A program made the position numbers and the translations under genes. A stretch of DNA of 64,000 bases from Eubacteriales bacterium (lineage in GTDB: Bacteria; Bacillota; Clostridia; Oscillospirales; CAG-382). Shown here piece by piece: positions 1-9,255 of this stretch. Every line of letters begins with the position of its first letter. Position 1 is the stretch's first letter. Where the stretch lies: assembly GCA_050953105.1 (NCBI GenBank), contig JBMNMA010000001.1, forward strand, positions 235,917 to 299,916, written 5' to 3'. Under the pieces are notes generated by a model. That model did no database searches. It worked only from the letters and a program-made list of their open reading frames with translations, and was not told the DNA's origin.

Positions 1-467
1 ATGAGTTCACATCCAACCTTGACGGGGTGTTCAGGCGGTCCACCTATATTTACAAGGACGCCGGAGGAAAGCTGAAAATGGGCCCGGTATGGGATTTTGA
101 CCTTGCTTTCGGCCACTTTTTAAAGTATGAGGAAAACACCTTTGCTTGTATAGGCGGGGATGACAAGTATGTCCCCTACAACTGGATGAACATTCTTTAC
201 AAGGACGAGTCATTCCGCCAAAGGTTAAGGGAGCGGTGGGACGAGGTTAAGGATGAGCTTTACAAAAACACAATTGACAAACTTGAGTATATGGCAGGTC
301 TTACTTCCCCTTCCGCAAAGCTTAATTTTCAGGTTTGGGACATTTTAAACACCAGAGTGCTTTCCAACCCCCGCAACTGGAATAAATGGATCACATGGGA
401 AGCACATATTCAAAGGCTGTATGATTATCTTGAGGCGAGATACGACTGGCTTGACAAAAACCTTTAG
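1..467 (+). CDS. CotH-family kinase, C-terminal part (gene begins upstream of the window)
   Basis: Frame is open from the window start (EFTSNLDGVFRRSTYIYKD) and contains GPVWDFDLAFG and FRQRLRERWDE, typical of CotH kinase domains. Confidence 0.8.
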   Translation, partial: EFTSNLDGVFRRSTYIYKDAGGKLKMGPVWDFDLAFGHFLKYEENTFACIGGDDKYVPYNWMNILYKDESFRQRLRERWDEVKDELYKNTIDKLEYMAGLTSPSAKLNFQVWDILNTRVLSNPRNWNKWITWEAHIQRLYDYLEARYDWLDKNL

Positions 468-493
468 CTTATAAACGGGGGAAAGGAGGGTGT

Positions 494-1441
494 TTGATGA
501 AAAATGTTGAATTGACCTGGGAGCAGGACTTTGATGACGGGCTTGTTATAAAGGTAAAGTATGTCCGGAGAAGTTTTTTCGGCCGGGACAGACTGTTTAT
601 CGACGACACCGAAATAAAGCTGCCCGGGGTGCTTAAGGCTCTTATGGATGGGGGAATAGACGTTCCCTTTACCTACAAAGGGCATAACCTTAACTTTGTA
701 AGCAACGACTATCTTATAGGCATAGCCGAAAACGGAGTTTTCGTAAACACCGATATTAATTATTTCCCCAAGCCCAAAGCGGGGTATGTGTTTTATATCT
801 TTGCCCTTATCTGTCTTATCATACCCGTTTTAACCCTGGGGGGGAGCATACCTTCCATTATCGGCTTTGCGGGGATGGGTATATGCTTTGCCTTGCAAAA
901 AATAAGTCCGGCACAGGCGGCTGTATCGTTTAAAAAAAGAATGATTGCCGCCTTATTAACGGCGGTAATCTGCTGGAGTGCGGCGGCTGTGCTTTATTTT
1001 ACCGGCACTATCAGATTTACCCTTATCTCCGGGCCGGCCGACAAGGTTGTTGCCGGGGAACATTATGAGATAACCCTTAATGATGAGTTTAGAAAGTTAG
1101 ATTGGGATGGGTATGAATATGCGGCGACATACAAAGATGCCGCTTTTGTTGTAATGTCCTTGCCTTGTTCCATTTCGGACGATAATCCATCTTCCGCTTA
1201 TAGTGAAGCTTTGGCTTATACCGAATTATGGTGTATTGATTGTGATATAACAGTTATAAATACAGACAGGGTTATTATGGAATACAGCTACGGCGACGAG
1301 GGTGATGAGTATTACATATACACCACTCTTTGCAAAGCCGGAGATATGTATTATATGTTTGAATTTTACTGCTATAAAGAGGATGCGTCCGACTATAAAG
1401 ACCTTTTTCAAAAGTGGTCGGATAGCATTGTGATTAAGTAG
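494..1441 (+). CDS. Hypothetical membrane protein (soluble N-terminus, 3-4 central TM helices, acidic C-terminal domain)
   Basis: 315-aa ORF, strong GGAGG RBS upstream, hydrophobic segments in the middle. Confidence 0.7.
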   Translation: MMKNVELTWEQDFDDGLVIKVKYVRRSFFGRDRLFIDDTEIKLPGVLKALMDGGIDVPFTYKGHNLNFVSNDYLIGIAENGVFVNTDINYFPKPKAGYVFYIFALICLIIPVLTLGGSIPSIIGFAGMGICFALQKISPAQAAVSFKKRMIAALLTAVICWSAAAVLYFTGTIRFTLISGPADKVVAGEHYEITLNDEFRKLDWDGYEYAATYKDAAFVVMSLPCSISDDNPSSAYSEALAYTELWCIDCDITVINTDRVIMEYSYGDEGDEYYIYTTLCKAGDMYYMFEFYCYKEDASDYKDLFQKWSDSIVIK

Positions 1442-1492
1442 ACTTCTTTTTACTGTTGAACCCCAGATTACAAAGCAAATACATCATATCCC

Positions 1493-1519
1493 GCCTTCCC
1501 CCAGTGGGAAGGCTTTTTG
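1493..1519 (+). terminator. Intrinsic terminator / REP-like hairpin
   Basis: GCCTTCCC-ccagt-GGGAAGGC followed by TTTTTGT. Confidence 0.65.
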
Positions 1520-1749
1520 TTTCGCCTGAAATACCTGCCTTAGGCGAATGACACAGCGGACATATCAGCAGATTTTTATGTAAAATTTTAAGTATAAAAA
1601 TTTGAAAAAAACCGTCTTTTTACCCTTTTACATTGGGCTTTTCAGGCCTTTTCGGCCGGGAAACATTTTGTCTTATTCAGAATAAACGGCGCATTGTTGG
1701 CAAAAATAGCATTGCGGGAATAACTTGATAATGTAAAAGGATGATTGAT

Positions 1750-2145
1750 GTGACAGGAAACAATATTGTCAGGAGAGGAGACATATATTACGCCGATCTA
1801 TCCCCCGTGGTAGGTTCGGAACAGGGCGGAATACGCCCGGTGCTCATAGTTCAAAACGATGTGGGCAACCGTTATTCGCCCACTGTCATAGCCGCGGCGA
1901 TAACCAGTCAAACCGGCAAGGCCCGGCTCCCCACCCATATTGAAATCGGCCCCGATGCCGGTCTGTCAAAGTCGTCGGTTATTCTGCTTGAGCAAATACG
2001 CACCATAGATAAACGGCGGCTCAAGGACAGGATGGGGCACCTTGACGAGAAGACAATGCAACAGGTAAATGAAGCGCTGTCCATCTCCTTCGGTCTGTCC
2101 CCCGACTATTCGGTGGCCGACAACACCGGCGTTTCCGCAGGTTAA
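1750..2145 (+). CDS. mazF: MazF/PemK-family endoribonuclease toxin (NdoA-like)
   Basis: [46 protein letters not shown]...[12 protein letters not shown]; GTG start at 1750 follows an AAAGGA RBS (ORF track start is 1741). Confidence 0.95.
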   Translation: MTGNNIVRRGDIYYADLSPVVGSEQGGIRPVLIVQNDVGNRYSPTVIAAAITSQTGKARLPTHIEIGPDAGLSKSSVILLEQIRTIDKRRLKDRMGHLDEKTMQQVNEALSISFGLSPDYSVADNTGVSAG

Positions 2146-2173
2146 GTTCCAAGCGTATATATATTCACCCGGT

Positions 2174-2200
2174 AAAAAAGGGCGCCTTAAGCGCCCTTTA
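2174..2200. terminator. Bidirectional terminator between convergent mazF and alr
   Basis: AAAAAAGGGCGC-cttaa-GCGCCCTTTA inverted repeat. Confidence 0.7.
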
Positions 2201-2211
2201 TATATTTATTT

Positions 2212-3309
2212 TCAAACATACTCCCTTGGTACCCGGCCGGTTACCTCGCAAAGCAGTTCATAGCTTATTGTCCCCATTTTTTTGGCGTTTTCTTCTGCGG
2301 ATATTTCACCGCCGAAAATTTCAACCTCATCCCCGGGGGCACATTCTATTCCCGTAATATCGGCAATACACATATCCATGCAGATTTTACCTATTATTTT
2401 TGCCCTTTTGCCGTTTATGACAACCTCGGCTTTGTCCGACAGCAGTCTGGAAAAGCCGTCGGCGTAGCCTATGGATATAACGGCAATGTCCATATCCCGG
2501 TCTGTTTTAAACGAAGCGCCATAGCTTACGCTGTCACCCCGCTTTAATTTGCCTTTCTGAAGCACGGTGGCCACCAGCTTCATTGCCGGACGAAGGGAGG
2601 TGTTTTCGCTTCCGTCGGGCATATAGCCGTAAAGGATGATACCCGACCGGACGGCGTCAAGCTTTAAATTAGGATAATTGACAATTCCGCCGGAGTTGGA
2701 ACAGTGGCGAAGCCCCAGATTCAACCCCATGGCTTCGCATTTTTTGCACAGGGCCGAAAAGACGTTATATTGAGTGCTTGTTTTGGATGAGGAAATGTCG
2801 TCGGCACAGGCGAAATGGGTGAATATACCTTCGCATTTTATTCCTTTGAGGGAATGGATATGAAAAACACTTAAGGCGGTTTCTTCGATATTATCCTCAC
2901 CGTGGCAATACAGCCCCAGACGGGACATTCCGGTGTCCACCTTTATATGCACTCGTATGCCGAAACCCGTATCCGACAGTTGTCTGGCATATTCAACGCT
3001 GTTGACGGTTTGAATAAAATTATTGGCCGATAGCGTTTTGGCAAGTCCCACAGGGGTTATTCCCATTATAAGAATATCGCTTTTTATGCCGGCTTTTCTT
3101 AGTTTTTCCCCTTCTTCAGCCGTTGCCACGGCAAGCATGCCGCAGCCTTCGCTTTCAAGGACTTTTGCTACCTTTGCCGCTCCGTGGCCGTAGGCGTCGG
3201 CCTTAACCACCCCTATGATTTTTGCGTCCCCCGCAAGGGTCTTTATGTAATTGTAGTTATGCCTTATGTTTCCCGTGTTTATAACGGCTTTTACTCTTTG
3301 ACAATTCAT
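2212..3309 (-). CDS. alr: Alanine racemase
   Basis: VVKADAYGHG PLP-lysine motif, KVDTGMSRLG, GYADG, ICMD, TISYE. Confidence 0.95.
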   Translation of the reverse strand: MNCQRVKAVINTGNIRHNYNYIKTLAGDAKIIGVVKADAYGHGAAKVAKVLESEGCGMLAVATAEEGEKLRKAGIKSDILIMGITPVGLAKTLSANNFIQTVNSVEYARQLSDTGFGIRVHIKVDTGMSRLGLYCHGEDNIEETALSVFHIHSLKGIKCEGIFTHFACADDISSSKTSTQYNVFSALCKKCEAMGLNLGLRHCSNSGGIVNYPNLKLDAVRSGIILYGYMPDGSENTSLRPAMKLVATVLQKGKLKRGDSVSYGASFKTDRDMDIAVISIGYADGFSRLLSDKAEVVINGKRAKIIGKICMDMCIADITGIECAPGDEVEIFGGEISAEENAKKMGTISYELLCEVTGRVPREYV

Positions 3310-3334
3310 TAAATAACAGATACTTCCTTTGCGT

Positions 3335-3835
3335 TTATTGGATAAAGTTGTAGGTTACCTTGTCTTCCCCCTCCGAAACCACGGCGGATGAAATTTTACC
3401 CGTATCGGTATCAAAATAAACGTCATACACATAATCATCCTTTGCCACCGTAAGCACTGCCTGACCGCCCTTGGATGCGGTGGTGTAGTTCTTTTCATCA
3501 ATGGCCTTGATTACGGTGTCCACCAGGGTGTCAAGGGCGAACAGCTTTGCGGCTGCGGCGGCAGGCAGGGTTACCACCAGTCCGTCATAGGATGCGGTTA
3601 TTCCCGACGGAGTTTTTTCAAGGACAAGGCCTTCAAGGGTGGAAGGGCTAGTAACCGTCATGGTTACCTTGTCGGCCTCTTTTTTGTAGGTAAACTCAAA
3701 TTCGTCGGTTTTGATTTTGTATTCAAAGGGGGCTGTTAGCTGTTCCTTAATATCCCGGCTGTGGTCGGAGGTCGAACAGGAAAATAAAAAACACCCGAGC
3801 AAAATAAAAACCAGAAGGATTGAAATTCTTTTCAT
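3335..3835 (-). CDS. Lipoprotein of unknown function (position equivalent to ydcC/LolA-like genes upstream of alr)
   Basis: MKRISILLVFILLGCFLFSC signal peptide with lipobox; GGGAG RBS before the ATG at 3835. Confidence 0.7.
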   Translation of the reverse strand: MKRISILLVFILLGCFLFSCSTSDHSRDIKEQLTAPFEYKIKTDEFEFTYKKEADKVTMTVTSPSTLEGLVLEKTPSGITASYDGLVVTLPAAAAAKLFALDTLVDTVIKAIDEKNYTTASKGGQAVLTVAKDDYVYDVYFDTDTGKISSAVVSEGEDKVTYNFIQ

Positions 3836-3875
3836 AAAAGCCACTCCCGAAACTGTATTTCGGAAACGCATGGCT

Positions 3876-5354
3876 TTATCCCAACAGCCTTCCGATTTCC
3901 TCCGGCAGGTCGTGGGGGAGCATTCCCCTTGCGCCGTAGCGGGGTTTAAGATTGTCCGCCGCTTTGCCGTGAACGTAAACCCCTATACACGCCGCCTTGA
4001 GGGGGGTTACCCCCTGTGCGGCAAGGGAGGCGATTACGCCGGCAAGGACGTCCCCGCTTCCGCCTTTAGCAAGGGCGGTGTTGCCGGTGGTGTTAATAAA
4101 CACGTCGCCGTTGGGGGATGCCACTACCGTGTTTTTCCCCTTAAGCACCACAACGCAGCAGAATTCCATTGCAAAGGCTCTGGCACATTCTATGCGATTG
4201 CGGTTGACGTATTCAATGTCCTCACCGATAAGCCGTGCCATCTCTCCGGGGTGGGGTGTAAGGATAACCTCGCCCTGCATTTCCATCAATACATTTATAT
4301 GCGTGGCCAAATAATTTATGCCGTCGGCGTCGATTATGGTAATTTGATTTTGCTTTTTAAGAATATCGTCAAGACAGTTGTCATACTGGCGGCCTATACC
4401 GCAGCCTACAAGCAGGGCGGAATACTTCTGCTCGGTTATGGTGTCTTTTGAAAAGGGGACAAACACCGGCTCGGCAAGGCGATTTTTTAATATCGACAAT
4501 GTTTCCCCGTCGGCGGAAAGCTTAAGCAGTCCCACTCCGCTGCGCAGCGCTCCCATTGACGCAAGATATGCCGCCCCCGGCATATTGGGGGAACCCACCA
4601 GGGCAAGGAGGGTGCCGAAAGTTCCCTTGTTTGAATTGGGGTTTCGGACAGGCAGGTAGCTTAATATATCGTCTTCTATAATACAGCCCTTAGGGCGGAT
4701 TGAACGGAAAATTTCCTCAGGGATGCCTATATCCGCCAGCACCACTTCTCCGCAGTAGCCGAGGGCGGGATAGGTAACGGTGGCTTCCTTGTGGACGGTA
4801 AAGGTTACGGTCAGGTCGGCCATTATAAAGTTGGACGAAACCCGGCCGTCGGCGGTAATGCCGGTAGGCACGTCCACCGCAAGAATAAAGCCGGACGAGG
4901 AGTTGGCAAGGCCGACAAGGACATTTTCGTCCCCCTTAAGCTCCCCGGCATATCCCACTCCGTGAATAGCGTCCACCACTAAAGTGGCGTTGGTTATAAG
5001 GTCGGCGATTGAGTCGGGGTTTTCGGAGTATTTAAGGATTATTCCCCCGTTTACCCTGTATTCCTCTGCGTATTTGGCCGAATCTTCGTTTTTCGGCGGT
5101 GAGGTGCACACCACCCGAACATTAACCCCGTCATAAAGCATAAGGCAGGCAAGGGCATAGCCGTCCCCGCCGTTGCCGCCCCGGCCGCATAAAACCACAA
5201 CCGACGAAAGGTTTATGTTGCGTTCTTTAATGCATTTATAAACCTCGCCGGCGGCGTTGGCCATAAGTGTCAGAGCCGGGATACCCGAAGCTATGGTTCT
5301 GCCGTCAATCTCCTTAACGGAGGAGGCGGAAAGAAAAACATTCCCGAACTTCAT
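3876..5354 (-). CDS. nnr: Bifunctional NAD(P)H-hydrate epimerase/dehydratase
   Basis: GRGGNGGDG, VDAIHGVG and DVPTG (YjeF_N); TPHPGEMARL and GGSGDVLAG (carbohydrate kinase-like domain). Confidence 0.93.
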   Translation of the reverse strand: MKFGNVFLSASSVKEIDGRTIASGIPALTLMANAAGEVYKCIKERNINLSSVVVLCGRGGNGGDGYALACLMLYDGVNVRVVCTSPPKNEDSAKYAEEYRVNGGIILKYSENPDSIADLITNATLVVDAIHGVGYAGELKGDENVLVGLANSSSGFILAVDVPTGITADGRVSSNFIMADLTVTFTVHKEATVTYPALGYCGEVVLADIGIPEEIFRSIRPKGCIIEDDILSYLPVRNPNSNKGTFGTLLALVGSPNMPGAAYLASMGALRSGVGLLKLSADGETLSILKNRLAEPVFVPFSKDTITEQKYSALLVGCGIGRQYDNCLDDILKKQNQITIIDADGINYLATHINVLMEMQGEVILTPHPGEMARLIGEDIEYVNRNRIECARAFAMEFCCVVVLKGKNTVVASPNGDVFINTTGNTALAKGGSGDVLAGVIASLAAQGVTPLKAACIGVYVHGKAADNLKPRYGARGMLPHDLPEEIGRLLG

Positions 5355-5612
5355 TCCCAAATCACAGCCTTTCTTATATGACAATTACGAAATCTTTTTT
5401 CGCAACCGTGGTTTTTACGGGGGATACCCATCCTTAGTGCCGTCTGAAATTTGACTCATATCCTTTTCTCCCCGGTATTCGGACCTTATGCATGGTTAAG
5501 AAAAAGAAAAACTTTGGGTTTGCCTGTATTTCGTCAGATTAGGGGGCAAAACGGGGGTATATAATATAAATTGTGTGCAATATTGGTATAGATATAATAG
5601 CATAAGGATTTT

Positions 5613-6326
5613 TTAATTGCAACACCCAGTGGAGATATTGTCGGTAATAAAAGCGAAATTCCCGTAAATTGCCGTATTCAACTGTCCGTCCGTAAAGATC
5701 GGTATAAAATAAGTGTATAAATAACCCACACCGAAGGCACCGAAAAGGTTTTCCCCCCGGGGAATAAAGGCTTTAAGATATACGCAGTCGGGCAAAATTC
5801 CCCCCACCCGGTCCACGGTAACATAATATCTGCCGTTTTCAAGGTAATGGAGTGCCCGGTGTTCGCCGAAATCCGCCCAGTGCAAAAACTCACGCCCCGA
5901 AGGATTGCGGGTTACGGTGGAAACATAGGAGCCGTCAAGGGCATAAACCCTAAGAGCAAAGGGATGGGTTACGTCAAAGCCCGTGTTTTCCCGGTTATAG
6001 CCGGCATCCTTAACCACTCTGTCGGATGTGGTCTGGGTTTCAAGAGGGATATTCCCTATTTCCTCAAAGCGGGAATTTAAAATATATAATCTGTCCGAGC
6101 AGGCCCTGTCGGTGGCGACAAAGCGGCCGAATCCGAAATCATATCTCACCGTTCTGTAAACCCGTATGGTGCGGTTACGCTGGATGAACAGTCCGGAGTT
6201 ATCAAACACAAACACATAAGGGGTAAGCCCGTCGACGGCATATATGTATGCCCCGTCCCAGGCCGCCCCCGATACCGCCACGGAGGTTGGTAGAGTTATA
6301 GAAGCGCAAAGCGCAGTAGTTACCAT
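5613..6326 (-). CDS. Hypothetical protein, probably beta-rich, possibly sporulation-associated
   Basis: About 237 aa, GAGGTG RBS, ends GCCN; CATAATATG (sigma-K/E-like -10) upstream. Confidence 0.6.
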   Translation of the reverse strand: MVTTALCASITLPTSVAVSGAAWDGAYIYAVDGLTPYVFVFDNSGLFIQRNRTIRVYRTVRYDFGFGRFVATDRACSDRLYILNSRFEEIGNIPLETQTTSDRVVKDAGYNRENTGFDVTHPFALRVYALDGSYVSTVTRNPSGREFLHWADFGEHRALHYLENGRYYVTVDRVGGILPDCVYLKAFIPRGENLFGAFGVGYLYTYFIPIFTDGQLNTAIYGNFAFITDNISTGCCN

Positions 6327-6493
6327 TACAAACACCTCAAATACATATTATGCCGGAAACCAATTAACCGTTAATAGAGGTGTTTTTACCGGTAGGACAT
6401 TATTTTTTAATTTATTATATTGATTTATTTGCCCTTTGGGTTATAATGTTAACATGCAGCAAATGGAAAAGTAATATTTACGGGGGAAAGGAA

Positions 6494-8248
6494 ATGGCCA
6501 AAAGAAACTACTGGGAAATGCCCGACAAGCTTAAAAGATATAAAAACCGCAAAAAGGATTATCCGCTATATACCGACTGCCCCTATGTCTATTCGGTAAG
6601 GGAGATTATTGACGTCTGCTCTGCCAGATACGGCAACAAGGCAGCCTTTATGTTTCGTGAGGGGGGAAAGGTAAATTCGGTAACCTTTCTTGAATTCAAA
6701 GACGAAGTAAACTCTCTGGGAACAGGACTGTGCGAATACGGCATCCATAACAGGCATACCGTCATTATCGGCAACAACTGCTACAACTGGATTCTCTCCT
6801 TTTATGCGGTGCTGGCATCGGAGGGTGTGGCTATCCCCACCGACTCCGCCCTTTCCCTTGAGGAACTGGAATATATTTTCACCTTTTCTGACGCTACGGT
6901 GATAATCTACTCCAAGTCAATGGAAAGCAAAATCAAGGAACTGGAGCCCAAGCTGCCCAACATTACCCACTTTATCTGCATGGAGGAGACCGAAACAAAG
7001 GACGAAAAGCATTTTAATCTTCAGGATATAAAGAAAAAAGGCAAGGAGCTATACCTTGCCGGGGACACAAGATACACATCCATTGTTCCCGACGCCGAAA
7101 GGCTTTCTGAGCTGGTGTTCACATCCGGCACCACCGGAAAGGCAAAGGGGGTTATGTTAAATCAGCGGGCGATATGCTACGTGGTTTCCCACTCCCCCGA
7201 CATTATGGAGGTTAACTACTCCTGCCTGTCCGTGCTCCCCTACTACCACACCCTTGAGTCCACCTGCGGAATACTGGGTATGTTCCATTCGGGTAACACC
7301 AACTGCATAAACGAGTCATTGCGGACAATAATGCCCAACCTAAAGCATTACAAGCCCACCGACATTCAGCTTGTTCCCTTGTTTGTGGAAAAAATGTACA
7401 GATCTATAATAAACAAAATCGAGGAGCAGGGTAAAACCAAAAAGGTTAAGGCGGCGATAAAGCTTTCAAACGCCCTGCTTAAAATGGGTATAGATGTCCG
7501 GCAGAAATTATTTAAGGAAATTCACGACACCTTCGGTGGAAGGCTTAAAACAATCATCTGCGGCGGCGCCCCCCTTGACCCGGAAATTGCCGAGTTTTTC
7601 TACTCAATAGGCATTACCATCTGCACCGGCTACGGCACCACCGAATGCGCCCCCATTATTACCATAACCCGTCCCGAATTTCATGACTACAACTGCGTGG
7701 GGACGATCATGCCGGGGGTTGAGGTGAAGATTGCCAACCCCAACGAAAACGGGGAGGGGGAAATATGCATAAAAGCCCCCAACGTAATGATGGGCTATTA
7801 CAAGGACGAAAAGCAAACAAAGCAGGTCTTTGACGAGGAGGGGTATTTCCACACCGGCGACATAGGCAGGCTGTATAAGGACAACCGCCTTTGCGTCACC
7901 GGAAGGCTGAAAAACGTCATAATACTTCCCAATGGCAAGAACGTGTATCCCGAAGAGCTGGAATACAAGCTTAAAAGGATGTCGGACATAATTGCCGAAA
8001 TTGTGGTGCGGGAAATGGAAAAGAACGGCGAAACGGTAATAGGCGCCGAAATCTACCCCGACAAGGCATACGCCGAAGCTAACGGAATTAACGATATTGA
8101 GGGAGAGATAAGGCAAATTATTTCCCAATACAACGACGGCCAGCCCAATCACAAGGTAATTAAGGAAATAAAATTAAGGGAAACCGAATTTGACAAGACA
8201 ACTTCGGCTAAAATAAAGAGGAATTATTCTTCGCTAAACAAAGCTTAG
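6494..8248 (+). CDS. Long-chain acyl-CoA synthetase (AMP-binding family)
   Basis: FTSGTTGKAKGV, GYGTTE, YFHTGDIG, GRLKNVIILPNGKNVYPEELE; start placed at ATG 6494 after a purine-rich RBS. Confidence 0.92.
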   Translation: MAKRNYWEMPDKLKRYKNRKKDYPLYTDCPYVYSVREIIDVCSARYGNKAAFMFREGGKVNSVTFLEFKDEVNSLGTGLCEYGIHNRHTVIIGNNCYNWILSFYAVLASEGVAIPTDSALSLEELEYIFTFSDATVIIYSKSMESKIKELEPKLPNITHFICMEETETKDEKHFNLQDIKKKGKELYLAGDTRYTSIVPDAERLSELVFTSGTTGKAKGVMLNQRAICYVVSHSPDIMEVNYSCLSVLPYYHTLESTCGILGMFHSGNTNCINESLRTIMPNLKHYKPTDIQLVPLFVEKMYRSIINKIEEQGKTKKVKAAIKLSNALLKMGIDVRQKLFKEIHDTFGGRLKTIICGGAPLDPEIAEFFYSIGITICTGYGTTECAPIITITRPEFHDYNCVGTIMPGVEVKIANPNENGEGEICIKAPNVMMGYYKDEKQTKQVFDEEGYFHTGDIGRLYKDNRLCVTGRLKNVIILPNGKNVYPEELEYKLKRMSDIIAEIVVREMEKNGETVIGAEIYPDKAYAEANGINDIEGEIRQIISQYNDGQPNHKVIKEIKLRETEFDKTTSAKIKRNYSSLNKA

Positions 8249-8268
8249 TCCGAAAGGAGCAAACCTAC

Positions 8269-9255
8269 ATGAAAAGAATTTTCATTTTATTGCTGTTAGC
8301 TTGTCTGCTTCTGGTTTCCTGCAACAAAGACAAGAACACAAGCGATGCCGAAAGTCTTGGGGGGATATCCGAAACCACCGTCGATACAACCGACGAAACC
8401 ACCGCAGATGATATAAGCGGCACGGTGTCGGAGGTTTTGGCAAATGCCGACTTTGTCTATTACGCCTTCGGGGACTCGATAGCCTTTGGCTACGGGCTGC
8501 CCGATAATGAAACCATGTCCTACGGCTATCTGTTCAGCCGGAATTTCGAGGACATATACTACAGAAACTTTGCCGTTTCCGGGCATAAAACCGATGATAT
8601 GCTTGAAATTTTAAGTCAGGTGGATGTGTCGGATGCCGATTTGATTACCATATCCATTGGGGCAAACAATCTTCTCGGCTACGCCGCAGACGAAATGGTA
8701 AAGGTATTTGCCAAATACGGCTTATCTATTGTAAGCGACTTTACAAACGCCTTGACCGGCAAGGCTGATGATGCAACAATGGCAAGGGTGGTGGCCTGTC
8801 TTAAAGATATTGAAAATGCTTTTACCGGCGAATCCTTTGCCCAAAAGGCCGAAAACGGCTTAAATAAGCTTAAAACAGAGCTGCCTCAAATATTCGAAAA
8901 AATTAAAAGCCAAAACCCTGAGGCCGTTGTTATAATTCAAACAATTTACAACCCCTATAAAGGCATTTCCCTTGAAATTCCCGGGGAATATTCCTTTGAT
9001 TTGTCATCCGCCTGCAACGACCTTATTACACCCTACAATGATGCCATAACCGAAATCGCCGATGAATACGGCTGCGTAGTCCTTGACGTTTACACCGACT
9101 TTGAAAACGCCACGGACGACTATATAAACGCAGGGTTTTCCACCGCACCCCTGGTGTTTTTAAACTATGATCCCCACCCCAACGCCAAGGGGCATGAACG
9201 GATAGCCGAACTGCTTTATACGAAATGGAAGGAAATAAAACCGGACAATGATTAA
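8269..9255 (+). CDS. SGNH/GDSL hydrolase lipoprotein
   Basis: LLVSC lipobox, Thr/Asp/Glu linker, FGDSIAFG, IGANN, DPHPN. Confidence 0.88.
   Translation: MKRIFILLLLACLLLVSCNKDKNTSDAESLGGISETTVDTTDETTADDISGTVSEVLANADFVYYAFGDSIAFGYGLPDNETMSYGYLFSRNFEDIYYRNFAVSGHKTDDMLEILSQVDVSDADLITISIGANNLLGYAADEMVKVFAKYGLSIVSDFTNALTGKADDATMARVVACLKDIENAFTGESFAQKAENGLNKLKTELPQIFEKIKSQNPEAVVIIQTIYNPYKGISLEIPGEYSFDLSSACNDLITPYNDAITEIADEYGCVVLDVYTDFENATDDYINAGFSTAPLVFLNYDPHPNAKGHERIAELLYTKWKEIKPDND

Noticed and set aside
5415-5459. 14-codon minus-strand ORF MSQISDGTKDGYPP upstream of nnr with a GGAG-like RBS
   Set aside because: Too short, with no motif or attenuator structure; cannot be distinguished from chance
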